DNA of 64,000 bases from Mobula birostris (GCF_030028105.1 NC_092384.1:17119629-17183628); one strand, 5' to 3'; shown: positions 23,001 to 33,655, counted from the stretch's first letter. Translations and numbers: made by a program. Notes: generated by a model not told the origin, from the letters alone.

Positions 23001-25936
23001 TATAGTTTCCCTTTTCTGCCTCCTTGCCTTATTGAAGAGTGGAGTGATATTTGAAAATTTCCAGTATTCCAGAACCATTCCAGAATCTAGTAATTCTTGA
23101 AAGACCTTTACTGATGCCTCCAGAATCTCTCAGCAACTTCTATCAGAATCATGAGATGTACATAATCTGGTCTAGGTGAATTACCTACTTTCAGACCTTT
23201 CAGTTTCCCAAGAACTTGCTCTCCAATTATGTCTCTAGTTTTGCCGTTGTTCAAGGTAGACTGTCGGAATAAGCCGGAATATTATAGACTAGTTGGTATT
23301 ACAGTAAAGCGGGTGATTTATTGGAAGATATTCCAAAGATTAGGATATATAAATATATAGATAGACTGGGCTTGTTTGGGAATAAGCAATATTATTTTGT
23401 GCAATGTAGGCTCTGTCTGACCAATCTTAATGAGCTTTTCGAGTGGGTTACCATAGATCTTTGATAACAGTGGATATGGTCAACATGGATTTTAGCAAAG
23501 GAACGTCGACTCAGACCATGAGACGACTGCGTCGGGCATTTTCATGCTTTACAAAGCGCAGATTGGAAGTCTGTGTGGGGCGCCACTCCTCGCACAGACT
23601 AGAGCAATGAGTGATTAAGTGCCTTGCTCAAGGGCACACACACGCGGCCACAGCTGAGACGCGAAGTAGCGACGTTGAGATAACTAGACGAACGCCTTAA
23701 CCATTTGGCCACGTGCCCAACACTTTGGAAATGTTCCGCATGGGGGTAGTGGGCTAATCAAGTACGTTCGCTTGGCATTCAGGATGAAGGAGTGAATTGT
23801 GTCTGACGTTGGCTTCGCAGGAGAAGCCAGAGTATGGTAGTAGATGGTTGTTCTTTGAACGAAGGCCTTTGACTGGTGGTGTGCCGCATGGTGATCACAT
23901 ATTGCAGCGGGTTAAGGACCAGGTGTAAAAACGGGCTGAAAATAGCAGATAGGATTTAATGAAGGTAATTGTAAGCTGTTGTTCTTTGAGAAGACAAACC
24001 ATTCTCGGATATACACATTGAACGAAACTGGCATTGAGGAGTGCGGTAAAAAATGATCTTGGAATTATAGATCGATAATTCATTGAAAATGGAGTCAAAG
24101 GCGAATGGTATCGTAAAGATAACCTTTGTCATATTGGCCTTCATATATCAGAGTATTGAGTGTAGAAGTTGGGATGCTATGCTGAAGATGTATTAGACGT
24201 CAGTGAGAACAAATTTGGAGTGTTGTTCGCAGTTCTCGTTACTTATCTGCAGGAAAGTTATCAGTATGTTTGAATGAGTAGAAAGAAAACTTGCTTCATG
24301 TGGCATGAATTTGAGGACGTGAATTATGAGGAAAGTTTAACAGGTAAAGATTTTTTTTCCATCATTCGTAAGAGAACGAGCGAACATTTGATAGACGTAT
24401 ACGAAATTATGAGGGATGTAGATATGGTGCATGTAAGCCTGCATCATCCACTGAGGTTGGGTGAGAATGTAATTGGAAGTCATAGCTTCAGAGTGAAATG
24501 AGAAGTATTAAAGGCGAACCTGAGGGGAAACGTCTTCACTCTGACGGTGAAGCTATTGTGGAATGAGCTGACAGCGCAGGTGTTAGCGCTCGACTCTCTA
24601 CGCTTTACTATTCAACCCCATCAAAATTCACCTCAATCTTGAGAGGTCGATATTTCTGACCGTTTTGTATGGTGAAAGAAGTATAGATTTTGCTAATCCT
24701 GCATGATAAAAGTTGGAATGACAATTTGTAGTGCATGCGACAAATTATTACTTGATGTTAGAATTAACTCTTTTGGAGCTGGGTATTATTCCTGTCTACT
24801 TGTTGATGCGGAAATGGAGTATTGTGCTGCTGCATGCAGACCCTTTGATCGAGATTACTCTATTTAAGTATTAATATTTTGCGTCCTCTGTGATGAGGAA
24901 TCGAGTTATCCAACTCCAGCCATTCACATTAATATTAATATTATTTCAGCCTCTTGCTTGCAACACATTCCTAACCTTGCTTGAAAAGTAATTCGTTATA
25001 TTCAAAGTACCTTCGCGATAATGAGGGTAACGTCCTAAACTATCACTAACCTTGGACATTCGGTTTAATTGGGAGATAACTGATGAGCAGGGCTGGTCGA
25101 ACAGCAGTGGGAAAGAGCCGGGGAAGTACGATACGATTTACGGAATCAACTCCACTATGCGCCTAATAGTTGCTACATGAAATGTGATTAATTTTTCTAC
25201 TCTTTATAATTCTGAATTTAGAATCCCTGGACTGGGGTATATTTTAACACGGAAAACAAATGTATTCTCACCGTTTGTTTTATCAAGTAGAAACATTTCG
25301 TTTTATCCCCATCACTAAGTTTGATGTAAAATGCACAGAGCCGAAAATCTCCAAAGAGCCACACTCACCGAACACAGTGAACTTGGTGCCACCTCCAGTC
25401 CCTAAGTATTGTTCCTGAAACTTTACTGTACAGTAATACAGCCCAGAGTCGCTGAATTTGACATTCCAGAGTACAAGTGTTCCTCTTCCCCTTTCTATAG
25501 TAAATTGTCTTCTGCTGTCCCTTTCTAAAAACCCCTTCTCGCCTTTCCTCCACCAAACGACGTCAACGGTATCTTGTGATAGTGGAAATTTGCAGAACAT
25601 GGTAATATTCGCACCACTCGGGACGTTCAGGTCCCGTGGGAATTGAGATACTTCGTTCGCCGTTACTTTGACGACTGCCGGAAAAATAAGCAAGAGTATT
25701 AATAACAGTTAAACACAGTGAATTAACAAAACTTGATGACGTAATTCACTGGACATCTAACAGCGAAAGACGACCGAATAGATTAAAAAAAAACTGCAAC
25801 CGAATATGCTGCAGGCACCCTGGGTTAAATATTATTAAACGGAATATTCAATTCGGAAACGGCGTGTATAAATCAGCATACTTAGCCAAGTAATAGCCAG
25901 AAGTGCCATGTACGAAACCGTAAACTTCTCCGCCAT
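4889..25936 (-). CDS. Spliced 7-exon gene: type I membrane Ig-superfamily receptor, leader-V(J)-C1-TM-cytoplasmic ITIM-like tail (SIRP-like/NKp30-like V), 349 aa
   Basis: join(complement 25936-25882, 25674-25369, 20136-19843, 19257-19150, 18510-18467, 9774-9664, 5020-4889) = 55+306+294+108+44+111+132 = 1050 nt; all GT-AG; phases 1,1,1,1,0,0 are compatible; no internal stops. Family assignment is from motifs, not a database search. Confidence 0.88.
6305..7740 (+). mobile_element. Degenerate CR1 LINE 3' part (RT to 3' UTR), in intron 6
   Basis: SQHGFLKGKSCLSNL, VDVVYLDFQKVFDKV, GVPQGLVLRPLLF, VRQHLEYCLQFWAP in broken frames. Confidence 0.9.
7755..7988 (+). mobile_element. tRNA-derived SINE, 3' tail split by Tc1 (tail resumes 9612-9625)
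   Basis: A/B-box-like head (gtagcgtagcgg...gatccaggtttaattcc); tail ctgttacagtgcTA|Tc1|TAtatctctaaa. Confidence 0.65.
7989..9611 (+). mobile_element. Tc1/mariner DNA transposon, defective
   Basis: terminal inverted repeats (tggcatgca...tgggcacccctggtcaa...ttactgtgaata and its reverse complement), TA TSD; transposase remnants WTDEIK, QQDNDPKH, SPDLNIVDNLW (catalytic E appears as D); start ATG appears as TAG; frameshifts. Confidence 0.92.
9664..9774 (-). CDS. Exon 6, cytoplasmic tyrosine-motif exon (ADQAAVEHTTPYVSLNLWESNRCRKDRQQEECIIYSQ)
   Basis: acceptor gtgtgtttttccaacag|, donor CAG|gtaaag; phase 0-0, open; TPYVSL and IIYSQ motifs; reading through the donor gives IIYSQVKQRDCHE* (stop 9639-9637). 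Confidence 0.78.
10440..10862 (+). mobile_element. 3' end of Rex1/Babar-like non-LTR element with (AATCT)n tail
   Basis: PSIENICHKRCLGRAKSII...HPNHELSTLLPS...YRSLRSR C-terminal motif; aataaagttgaatctaatttaatctaatcta tail. Confidence 0.7.
14466..15956 (+). mobile_element. Young 5'-truncated CR1 inserted in L1 ORF2, with an internal RT deletion
   Basis: 358-aa ORF (KSPGPDG, YRPVSLTS, LDFQKAFDKVPH joined directly to NLADDTK); (TTTCTATG)n tail; L1 reads KDGG|insert|FALPN. Confidence 0.92.
17361..17912. mobile_element. Penelope-derived inverted terminal-repeat pair (foldback hairpin)
   Basis: ~230-bp arms (~17365-17590 versus ~17640-17875) are reverse complements. Confidence 0.85.
17781..17816 (+). 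ncRNA. Hammerhead motif in the Penelope hairpin arm (mirror copy on minus at 17411-17446)
   Basis: AGTC-CTGAAGA-AGA(GTCTCGG)CCT-GAAACGTC-GACT; stem II mismatch. Confidence 0.55.
18467..18510 (-). CDS. Exon 5, short juxtamembrane cytoplasmic exon (GKNTRSLDRCQNEEP)
   Basis: acceptor tttcttttatttttcttaag|, donor CCG|gtaggt; phase 1 to 0 bridges the TM exon and the tail exons. Confidence 0.8.
19150..19257 (-). CDS. Exon 4, connecting peptide and transmembrane segment
   Basis: acceptor tttcttgttttacccctgtag|, donor CACG|gtaaga; EPQGADTK-LILACALGGSAILVLIIILV-KVKLKRSH; uncharged TM followed by a basic stop-transfer; not in the ORF track. Confidence 0.9.
19843..20136 (-). CDS. Exon 3, C1-set Ig domain
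   Basis: acceptor tttgtttttacccaag|, donor CAAG|gtaaga; LLCKTAAFYPEKLEIVW, DGLY, YTCLVSHVSL (C1 signature YxCxVxH); sequons NRS and NFS. Confidence 0.95.
21460..24580. mobile_element. Cluster of old CR1 fragments in both orientations, plus a SINE at ~23500-23720 (V-C1 intron)
   Basis: VYLDFQKVFDKVPHTRL and GVPQGSVL (minus, 21640-23220); plus-strand CR1 3' remnants 23230-24580; AAGTGCCTTGCTCAAGGGCACA SINE core. Confidence 0.75.
25369..25674 (-). CDS. Exon 2, V-set Ig domain with J-like G strand
   Basis: acceptor ttgcttatttttccggcag|, donor TTCG|gtgagt; B-strand Cys (TMFC), C-strand Trp (VVWWR), DSGLYYC, GTGGGTKFTV; sequon NIT. Confidence 0.95.
25882..25936 (-). CDS. Exon 1, leader (MAEKFTVSYMALLAITWL)
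   Basis: taagATGG Kozak context; donor CTAA|gtatgc, phase 1; 207-bp intron; joins exon 2 to give signal peptide ...MALLAITWLIVKVTA/NEVSQ. Confidence 0.8.
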
Positions 25937-26070
25937 CTTACAGAAACCAAATGGACCAATTCTTGCAATGCAAGTGGTATTTTAAAGAATTTGCCGGAGG
26001 AAAAGGACTTCGCGAGGAAATGTATTAATCATGCAAACATGACGCAGGATGACGCCACCGCAAGGCAGAA
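25937..26070 (-). promoter_or_regulatory. Candidate proximal promoter of the receptor gene
   Basis: GAGGAAAT (ETS-like, ~26014), ATGCAAAC (octamer with 1 mismatch, 26031), two TGACG CRE half-sites (26040, 26050), ACCGCA RUNX site (26057) within 130 bp of the ATG. Confidence 0.35.
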
Positions 26071-28256
26071 TAATATGGTTCAGATTTAAACCCTGTCTCG
26101 GCTGGGAGGAAAATAAGAACTCTTACAATTCTAATTTTTACATGGCCTACCTAGTGCTTTCGTGATTATGTTGGAAATCTTGCCCTCTTGCTGAAGTCAG
26201 GAATTGTCCAAATCCTTATTGAGATATACATTCAAATCTGTACTCTGCGCATTCTGATGATAAAGATGGAAATCCGCTTAGGAGTTGAAAAATGTCTAAT
26301 AAGATAGGCGGACAAAAATAATAATATTTCTTCATTTCAATTTCCCTTTGCAGTTTTGCTCCTTTTCAATCATATACCTTCGGTCAAATGGCACCCTGCT
26401 GTTTTCTCTAGTAAAGCAGTTGCGCTCATGCGGCCAAAAGACATTCAGCCGCGACGGGTGTGGACGATGTTATGTCAATTAAAATTTTGCTTCTCTTGAT
26501 AACTTCCTTTAGGATTTCGTTTTAACGGTTCGACTAATGAACTACTGCTTCATGTCTGGATTCCAAAACAAAAAGGAAATGATTAACGAGCCGGGTTTGA
26601 ACAGCAGACATTCCTCCGGACGTCGTCATGCACATGTCTCCTGCACAATGTATGATTTTGGATTCTGAGCATTGATGACAAAGAGAAACGACATGTAATT
26701 TTAATGCTTAAGTTTCAAGAAACAAAAGCATATAATGTGAAACCTTCATAAACTCATTCTAGTGACAGATTTCAGTCTGTTTTCTCAAAGTAGGCCGCAT
26801 ATCACAGTATTTAGGTTCCTTACTCGCTGCTGTGACCAGCTCGCATTTGGAACTCAGCGAAAATGCTGTCTGTGATAGATATAGATTCCGGGTATAGGAT
26901 GTTAATCACATAAAGAGAGTGCTTAGAGTTCAAACAGCAAGTCATTCGGTTTAATAATAACAGAGATACAAGAGGTACTGCGATGAAATCTATAAAGGGC
27001 GCATCGAGAAAGCCTCAAATGATTAATTGCAGTTCCGAGGCTCCATTTTACATCCGATAAGCACGAGCAGTTACGTTGCGGGAAATGCTTCTATTTTAAA
27101 TATCTCCTACATTTCCACAAAGTAAACGGGAGACAATAGGATAGTCATCGAGCAAAAATTTTAACTTGATACAGTACAAAAAAAAAGGTTCTCACGCGTC
27201 CTTGGGTCTAACCTGGCAGGGCAATTTACCCATTTATAAAATGACAACACTAAATAGTCAAAAGCATCTTGGTTGGCAATGAAACAATACTGAGCTTCCA
27301 TGTGCTTCCTACAAACGGAGTTAAGATCCTGATTACCATGTCAAAAGCCTCGACATTTTTAGCAGCTATGTTTCCGAATTTCCACGCAGCGGTGGGGATG
27401 TTATGCCTTTTCAATAGAAGCTTTGTCACCATTATTAAATTGTATTTTCTGTCCTCTCAGATCTGAAATTATGTAGCTGCTTGCGGCGTAAAGTTGTTCA
27501 TAGGTAACACAAATTTTGTCTATTCGATCCCACGGGATGTAATTGAGGTCTGTTTGTTGAGGAGTTTATTCGGGAGAGGATATGGACGTTGTGAAACTTC
27601 TCCTGCTGTGGATCTGCATGAATAGTAAGAGACAATTCTAATGAGGGACAGCTTAGTTTTACGTTACAGGTAACTTGTGATGCCAAATACAAAAACATGT
27701 CTGCGGCAGAAAACACCATTTCCAGAAGGTAAGTTTTCTGTCGAGATTTCTGCCTTGATCTTCAGATATTCATTTTTCTCTACAGATAAATACCAAAGAT
27801 GAGAGTACTCTGATTAGTTCCCCATGAACCACTCTCTGTTCTCCATTAGTCCACTCTTCATGTGGCGTAAGAATAGAGCAGTAACTTGGACCAATTATTA
27901 AGGCCTTGAAAACAAGTTTGCTGATAAAAATTGGCCTCGTTTTAGCATGGTTGGGATTGTCATGCTAACTCTTAGGTGTCAAATTGAAGAACGTTGCCGA
28001 TTATTTTCAGATTTAAATGCTTTAGAGATAAAACCTACATCTCTATGTTTTCACCAGCATAAATTTGTTCAGCGTTAACTGGGGCGGAAAATGACAGGTA
28101 AGTAGAAGACATTTTGTTTTTTTCAATTTATTGATTTTTTGATTTCAAATGCTTGAAAACATGACAATCTCAGAAAAATCAAAATGTTTTTAAATGTCAA
28201 GCACAGCTCTGGTTAGGCCAAAAGATTGACTGTAAATCTAGATTTCTAATTTGCGA

Positions 28257-28471
28257 CGCAAACAACAGGAATTCTGCAGATGCTGGAAATTCAAGCAACA
28301 CACATCAAAGTTGCTGGTGAACGCAGCAGGCCTGGCAGCATTGTTAGGAAGAGGTACAGTCGACGTTTCAGGCCGAGACCCTTCGTCAGGGTCTCGCCCT
28401 GAAACGTCGACTGTACCTCTTTCTAGAGATGCTGCCTGGCCTGCTGCGTTCACCAGCAACTTTGATGTGTG
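28257..28471. mobile_element. 215-bp Penelope-derived palindromic mini-element
   Basis: inverted arms of ~95 bp; 14-bp TSD TTTCTAATTTGCGA (28243-28256 / 28472-28485). Confidence 0.88.
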
Positions 28472-30397
28472 TTTCTAATTTGCGAGAGTATTTGTCCACC
28501 GGACGAAATAATCCTTTATAATATTACACCTTTAAATGTCTCTGCCTTCATTACAAACATATTCCGAAATGTTTTCAACAAGGTTCTTCTAGGATAAATG
28601 TTTCAACTGAGTGTTGATTATTCTTAATAGATAATAGGGAGCTTAATTGAAGTTAGTTGACTGCAAAATTAAAGCTACTGTTTGTTACTACTGTGTGGAA
28701 CTCATAGGAAACAATCAGCAAGCCAAGCAGCGTCTGCTGAGAGAAACAGTGTAAATACTTCAAGTTGATAATTTTTCACTAGGTCATGAAGAAAAATGAT
28801 TTGTATTTTCCTCTTTCCGTAAAAGGTTCCCGAAAAAATTCTGCTTAATTTCGGATTGTAAACTTCTGCAATTCTGTTTTCCATCAATGACCTTGCTTTC
28901 CAATAAATGATGAAAATTGCTATGAGCCGAATACAAACCGACATGACCTTACTTCCCCTTTCATTCAAAAGTATCGTGGAAAACTTTAGATGAAGACGCA
29001 ACTCTCGACATTACCACTTCATGTAATGTTGTCTGACTGTGCCTTGTTCCCTTAACACTGCTTTTAACATAACAACCAACCAGTACAGAACAGGAGTACG
29101 ACCTTCGGCTAGGTTGTCCGTCGCGAACACGATGTCAAATTAAACTAAATATCTACTAGTTGCGGTCCTTAATTAACTAATCAGAAAGGGGAATGTTTTC
29201 CCTAATAAATCGGTTTACAATGTCTTTTAATCTTCAAAGTAATTGGTTCTCCATTCAATGCTCTCAGAGAATGACTCACACATAAATATCAAGTATTTAG
29301 CTGCTTTTAAGAATTATTTCGTATATTTATTTCCAGAATGAACATAGCACAGAAACAGGAAGTATAGACGTTGCAGCACAACTTGGGAAACATTTAGCTG
29401 ACAGGAGCAAAATATCAAATGTTGCTTAAATTAAACTTATTGATCTACTCTTAAACGTCAAGTGTGATAACACGAGCTGTCTGCTACATAGAGGTTTCAG
29501 AGAGGAGCAATCTTTGACCACAGATTTTCCATGATTTACCAGCAGGCTCACGAGTGCAATTCTATTCTCAGGTAGCGTATTAGGTCCCATAGACACAAAG
29601 TTCAAATGCATTCTTGGTAAACTGACAGATGAATTAAAATTCTATTCCGAACAGCTTTTTCATAGAAAACTTGCAGAAGCTCGCATGCAAATATTCGCAT
29701 TTGTGAATAATAAACAGGATGTGAAAATATATCTATTTTAAGAGGATATGAAACTTCGTCGAAATTGAACTAAAGCAGTTGGCCTTGCAAATGGGCAGAT
29801 AAAATAGGAAAGGAAGCACAAAAGTCTGCTTACTTCTTTCGAAGTTAATTGAAATACTCGGATTCATAATTCACGAATGTGTAGTAGTCTAGAAACACAA
29901 TGCTTAGAAAAGAAAATAAATTGAAGTGTTAATTCTGTTGATCTGCCTGCACATTCTAACCTGATCTGCTGAATATTCCGTGCATTCCATATTCAATAGT
30001 CCATCAAGTTGGACCATGGGCCTTTTTGTTATCTATTCTATTAGGCCACGTTATAGTCCTTGAATATGGAATTTTATTCAGTTTTGTATGCTACCATATT
30101 CCGTAAAAGTCCTGATTCCCACAGGTGTAACTGATCCGCGAGATGAGTATGCCATTTGGAACAATTTTCAACTGTTGAGGCAGCTGGCATGAAAGGAGGG
30201 TCATGGAGGTCAATCTAGGTATAGATTCCGGAAGGTGATGAGCAGAAAGGCAAAGGCTACCGATTCTGGAATGTAACAAATAAAGGAGAGGGATCATGGG
30301 GACCATTAGAGGAAAGCTGAAGGGCATATGGAGCCAAAACAAGATGGGGGAAGGGAAAGGCTTTGTGTGAAATGTGTGTGTTGTGGATGGATGCAAC

Positions 30398-32101
30398 CAC
30401 TGGGTAGCAAAGTTTTTTGGAAAGTGTTGCTTCTTCAGATGAGGATGTGATAGACTGCTTGAAGCTGAATAGAAACACAATTTCACATTAGTTGTATCAG
30501 GAAGAAAACTGGTGAAACAAGAAATAAACTTAGATTGATTATAAAGCGTTTAATTGTACAATGGTAATGGCGCCTGGCAATAATTCAACTAAGCTAAAAT
30601 ATTTTGTGAAGATTTCCGTTTGTATTCAATGCCGGAGGCTTCTTACATAACTGTACAACTATAATCCGCCAACAGAATGGATTGCAGCTGCCTTGATACT
30701 ATTGTTGCATGACCGCAATCTCCATGTGAATCATTTCACCATGCTCGTTACGAGCAGCATCAAGATCTGCATGGAGGAAGTCTAAATGGAAATGCAGAAA
30801 ATGATTTTTTTACTGACATGCTGCACTTCATGGTTTTATATGCTTGAAGTATGATGCAAGAAACTGCACGTAGTTTGATACTCTGTGGTTGCCAATACAT
30901 TTTTAAACGACATCATTGAATGCCTTCCATAGGATTTTCTCCGGTTCCTCTAGACGTTCTTCGAATGGTCTGCCATTGATGACCTGTTTGATATGCGGAC
31001 CAACAAAAAAAGCCTTCCTTAATTTTGGCATTAGTTATTCTGGGAAACATCTCTCTCAAATATCGAAATCATTCACGGAAATTCTTGCACCTGGAGACAG
31101 CAGATTTTATCCTTGTCGTTTTGAACCCAGTAATTCTGCTTTTGCCTTTGACAAACCCAAGTCTCTGACAAAGTCATTTAACTCAGACTGTGTATCAGAA
31201 AAGGCTCAATAGACATTAAGAGTTTAAATTCTGTATCGGCATCAATGTCGTTTTTCTATTCCTGCCTCTTACACATTGTCATCTTCCTCTGCCTCCTCTA
31301 GACTGTATGTCTCTGGTGGCTTCAGTACTGCAAGACTATCATCATGCGGCTGAAGTCTCGATGCTGAAAGGAGATCGCAGTGTTCAATCGATTTCTTGTT
31401 TATAACAGAGAAACCAGACACACTGGTCAGATAGAACTAGCTCTCGCCATATCATCAGTGCCACCAATGCTGTTGTCTTCCGAATATCTCTGAGGCAAAC
31501 TCTCAGATCAATAACGCCTGTTGAGCAACAGATGTGAAGAGCCCGGGCATTGAGTTGGTCGCCAATCTTACACTCAAATAGAACTCATAGGCTTTCTTAA
31601 AAAGAAGAGTCATGTTTCGTGGTTGAGATTTAAGTTTATGCTCGCCACAAGTATAACAGAAAATATGGCGGTTGATGCAACTTTGGCGAGACATCTTGCT
31701 TTCACAAATACGACTGAAAATAAAATTACTTGACTATAATGAATACACACAATATGCTATGCCCGCCGAGCATGCACATGACCATGATCACTGACCAATG
31801 TAAACTTAAACGCAACGCATAGAAATGAGTGTGCATGATGCTTTTATAATCTTTCTAAAACCTGTCTTGCCATGCAATATCCGCCCTGCCTAATGCTCGG
31901 ACAAGATGAAAACTTTTCAACTTACATCGTGGGCAAGCATTTAATTGTCTTGAATTATGAATTGAAATAACAAATATAGGCGATTTTTTTAAAAAATGGT
32001 ATGTGATAGGGAAACTTCATGGTGACTTTCATGATCAGCAGCACAAAATCCATAAGACAAACCGAAAAGTATTCAGGATGTAAATTCTTTGTTGTCCAGT
32101 G
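30398..32101 (-). mobile_element. Chapaev3-type (CMC) DNA transposon, internally deleted
   Basis: imperfect TIRs CACTGGgtagCAAAG / CACTGGacaaCAAAG; 3-bp TSD AAC; remnants SRQSCIN..FCYTCGE..LKSQPRNMTLLFKKAYE, TQSELNDFVRDLGLSKAKAELLGS and a degenerate C-terminal block. Confidence 0.82.
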
Positions 32102-33139
32102 AACTCGGAGGGGTGGTGGTGAACACATGTGCCTTGTAGCTGATGGGTGGAAGAAGATGCGGTGGGGCGAGACACAGTATACTAGGGTTTATTTACATCT
32201 GCCGAACATGGTACTATATCCAAGACCTTGGGTTATGGAATATGAAAGTGGAATACCCAGAGACAGGCCACAGAATGTTAACCTTTGATGCAAAGGACCT
32301 GGCAAGGGAAAGAAAGCCGTGCTGCACCAAGGCAAAATGACTCGGATCAGCCACAATTGTGAACCATTTCGATCTTTTTAAATGGTATGTGTTTCTTAGA
32401 GGAAGTACAGTGCAGTTTCTCTAAATTGGGTCAAACAACATCAATGGAAAGAAGTGAGCAGTCGAAGTTTCGTATTCAGGCTCTTCACCAGGACTGGAAG
32501 AACGGAAAGAAGGAGGACAGATACCAGTATTAAAAGGTCAGGAAAAGGTTAGAGCAAGAGTTGGAGAGTAATAACTGGATCCAGGTGAGGAAGTGATTAA
32601 CATCACTCTCCTAAATCACTTGATCCTCCCTTGCATTCCTCACAAACTACCTCGATGTCTAATCAGACTAAATTCCTCGCTCACGATCATGGCTGATCCA
32701 ATCAGCAACTGATTCGGCTTTCCTTTTCGTCTGCAACTCACACCGGAATCAGTCAGCTTTACTTTGTTGCTATTCGGTTGCTTTTTAAAATTCTCCAGCA
32801 AACTACTGATATGATTTACGCCATGTAATCTAAAAGGCTGGAACAACGAAGAAAACCATATTTCAAATCTCGTTCTGCCAGCGTGCGAGTTTGCGTTCAG
32901 CTAATGAACTAACGAATCGTATGAATAATGGTGCACTGTCGAGCACTGCACAAGATCCAGCAGATCATAGATGCCATCCATGATTTAATATGAGAAAGCT
33001 ATTATCCCTCTAATTTTCGTTTAGCCTAACCGAGAAACTCATCTGCTTCAGTAATAACAGTTCTCTATTATTAGTCTAGCACGTCGGCCAGTGTTTAAAC
33101 AGGAGTCCGGCGAAATATTATAAGAATCGCACAGACCGA

Positions 33140-33655
33140 TAGCTCACCGATACACAGGATGGACCGAACTATTGATTTGGAAAGGTAAAAGGTGGAGGTA
33201 TCTGTTTCAGGATAAACTGTACTTCTCCGATGTGGCAGTTTTCTCGTGATCTTGTTCGTCCGAACTTGAACATCTGGAGATCAAACGCCGGCCGTTCTAT
33301 TTACCAAAAGAGTTCTCCGTCATGATCCTGACTGCAGTTTAAATACCACCATCGTCCGACTGGGATACTGCATGATGCCATCTCCAGACAGGTAACAGTC
33401 CATCTCGACGCATTTCAAGTCATAGTCGGGGAATTCAATGAGGCTTGTTTGAAGAAATTCCTGCCCAATTACCCTCAGCATATAACCTGTAGCACCAGAA
33501 GACCTAGCACACTAGCCTACTGCTACTGTATAAAATAAAAGAAATGTCGAAACCTCCAAGCCCAAAAGGCACTTCTGATCGCTTGGCTGTCCTTCTCCTA
33601 CCTGCATAGAGCCAAAAGCAAACGAACAAGTGTCCGCAGATTAGGACAACGAAAA
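33140..33655 (+). mobile_element. Degenerate endonuclease-region fragment of a Rex1/L2-like non-LTR element
   Basis: gccgttctatttaccaaaagagttctcc...atactgcatgatgccatctccagaca...gtcggggaattcaat pattern; frames broken. Confidence 0.5.

Noticed and set aside
25373-25379. CACAGTG at the end of the V exon
   Set aside because: It is just the reverse complement of the F-T-V codons; no nonamer at 12 or 23 bp.
25283-25693. ORF-track start MLIFPA and C-terminal extension GECGS...
   Set aside because: Both run through intron sequence; the real exon is 25369-25674.
25714-25734. CACAGTG heptamer beside the V exon followed by ACAAAACTT
   Set aside because: The spacer is 5 bp, not 12 or 23, and it lies in the leader intron; not an RSS.
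28702-29001. ORF with a TM-like stretch containing Arg (possible activating receptor)
   Set aside because: No splice sites bracket it and composition is AT-rich noise.
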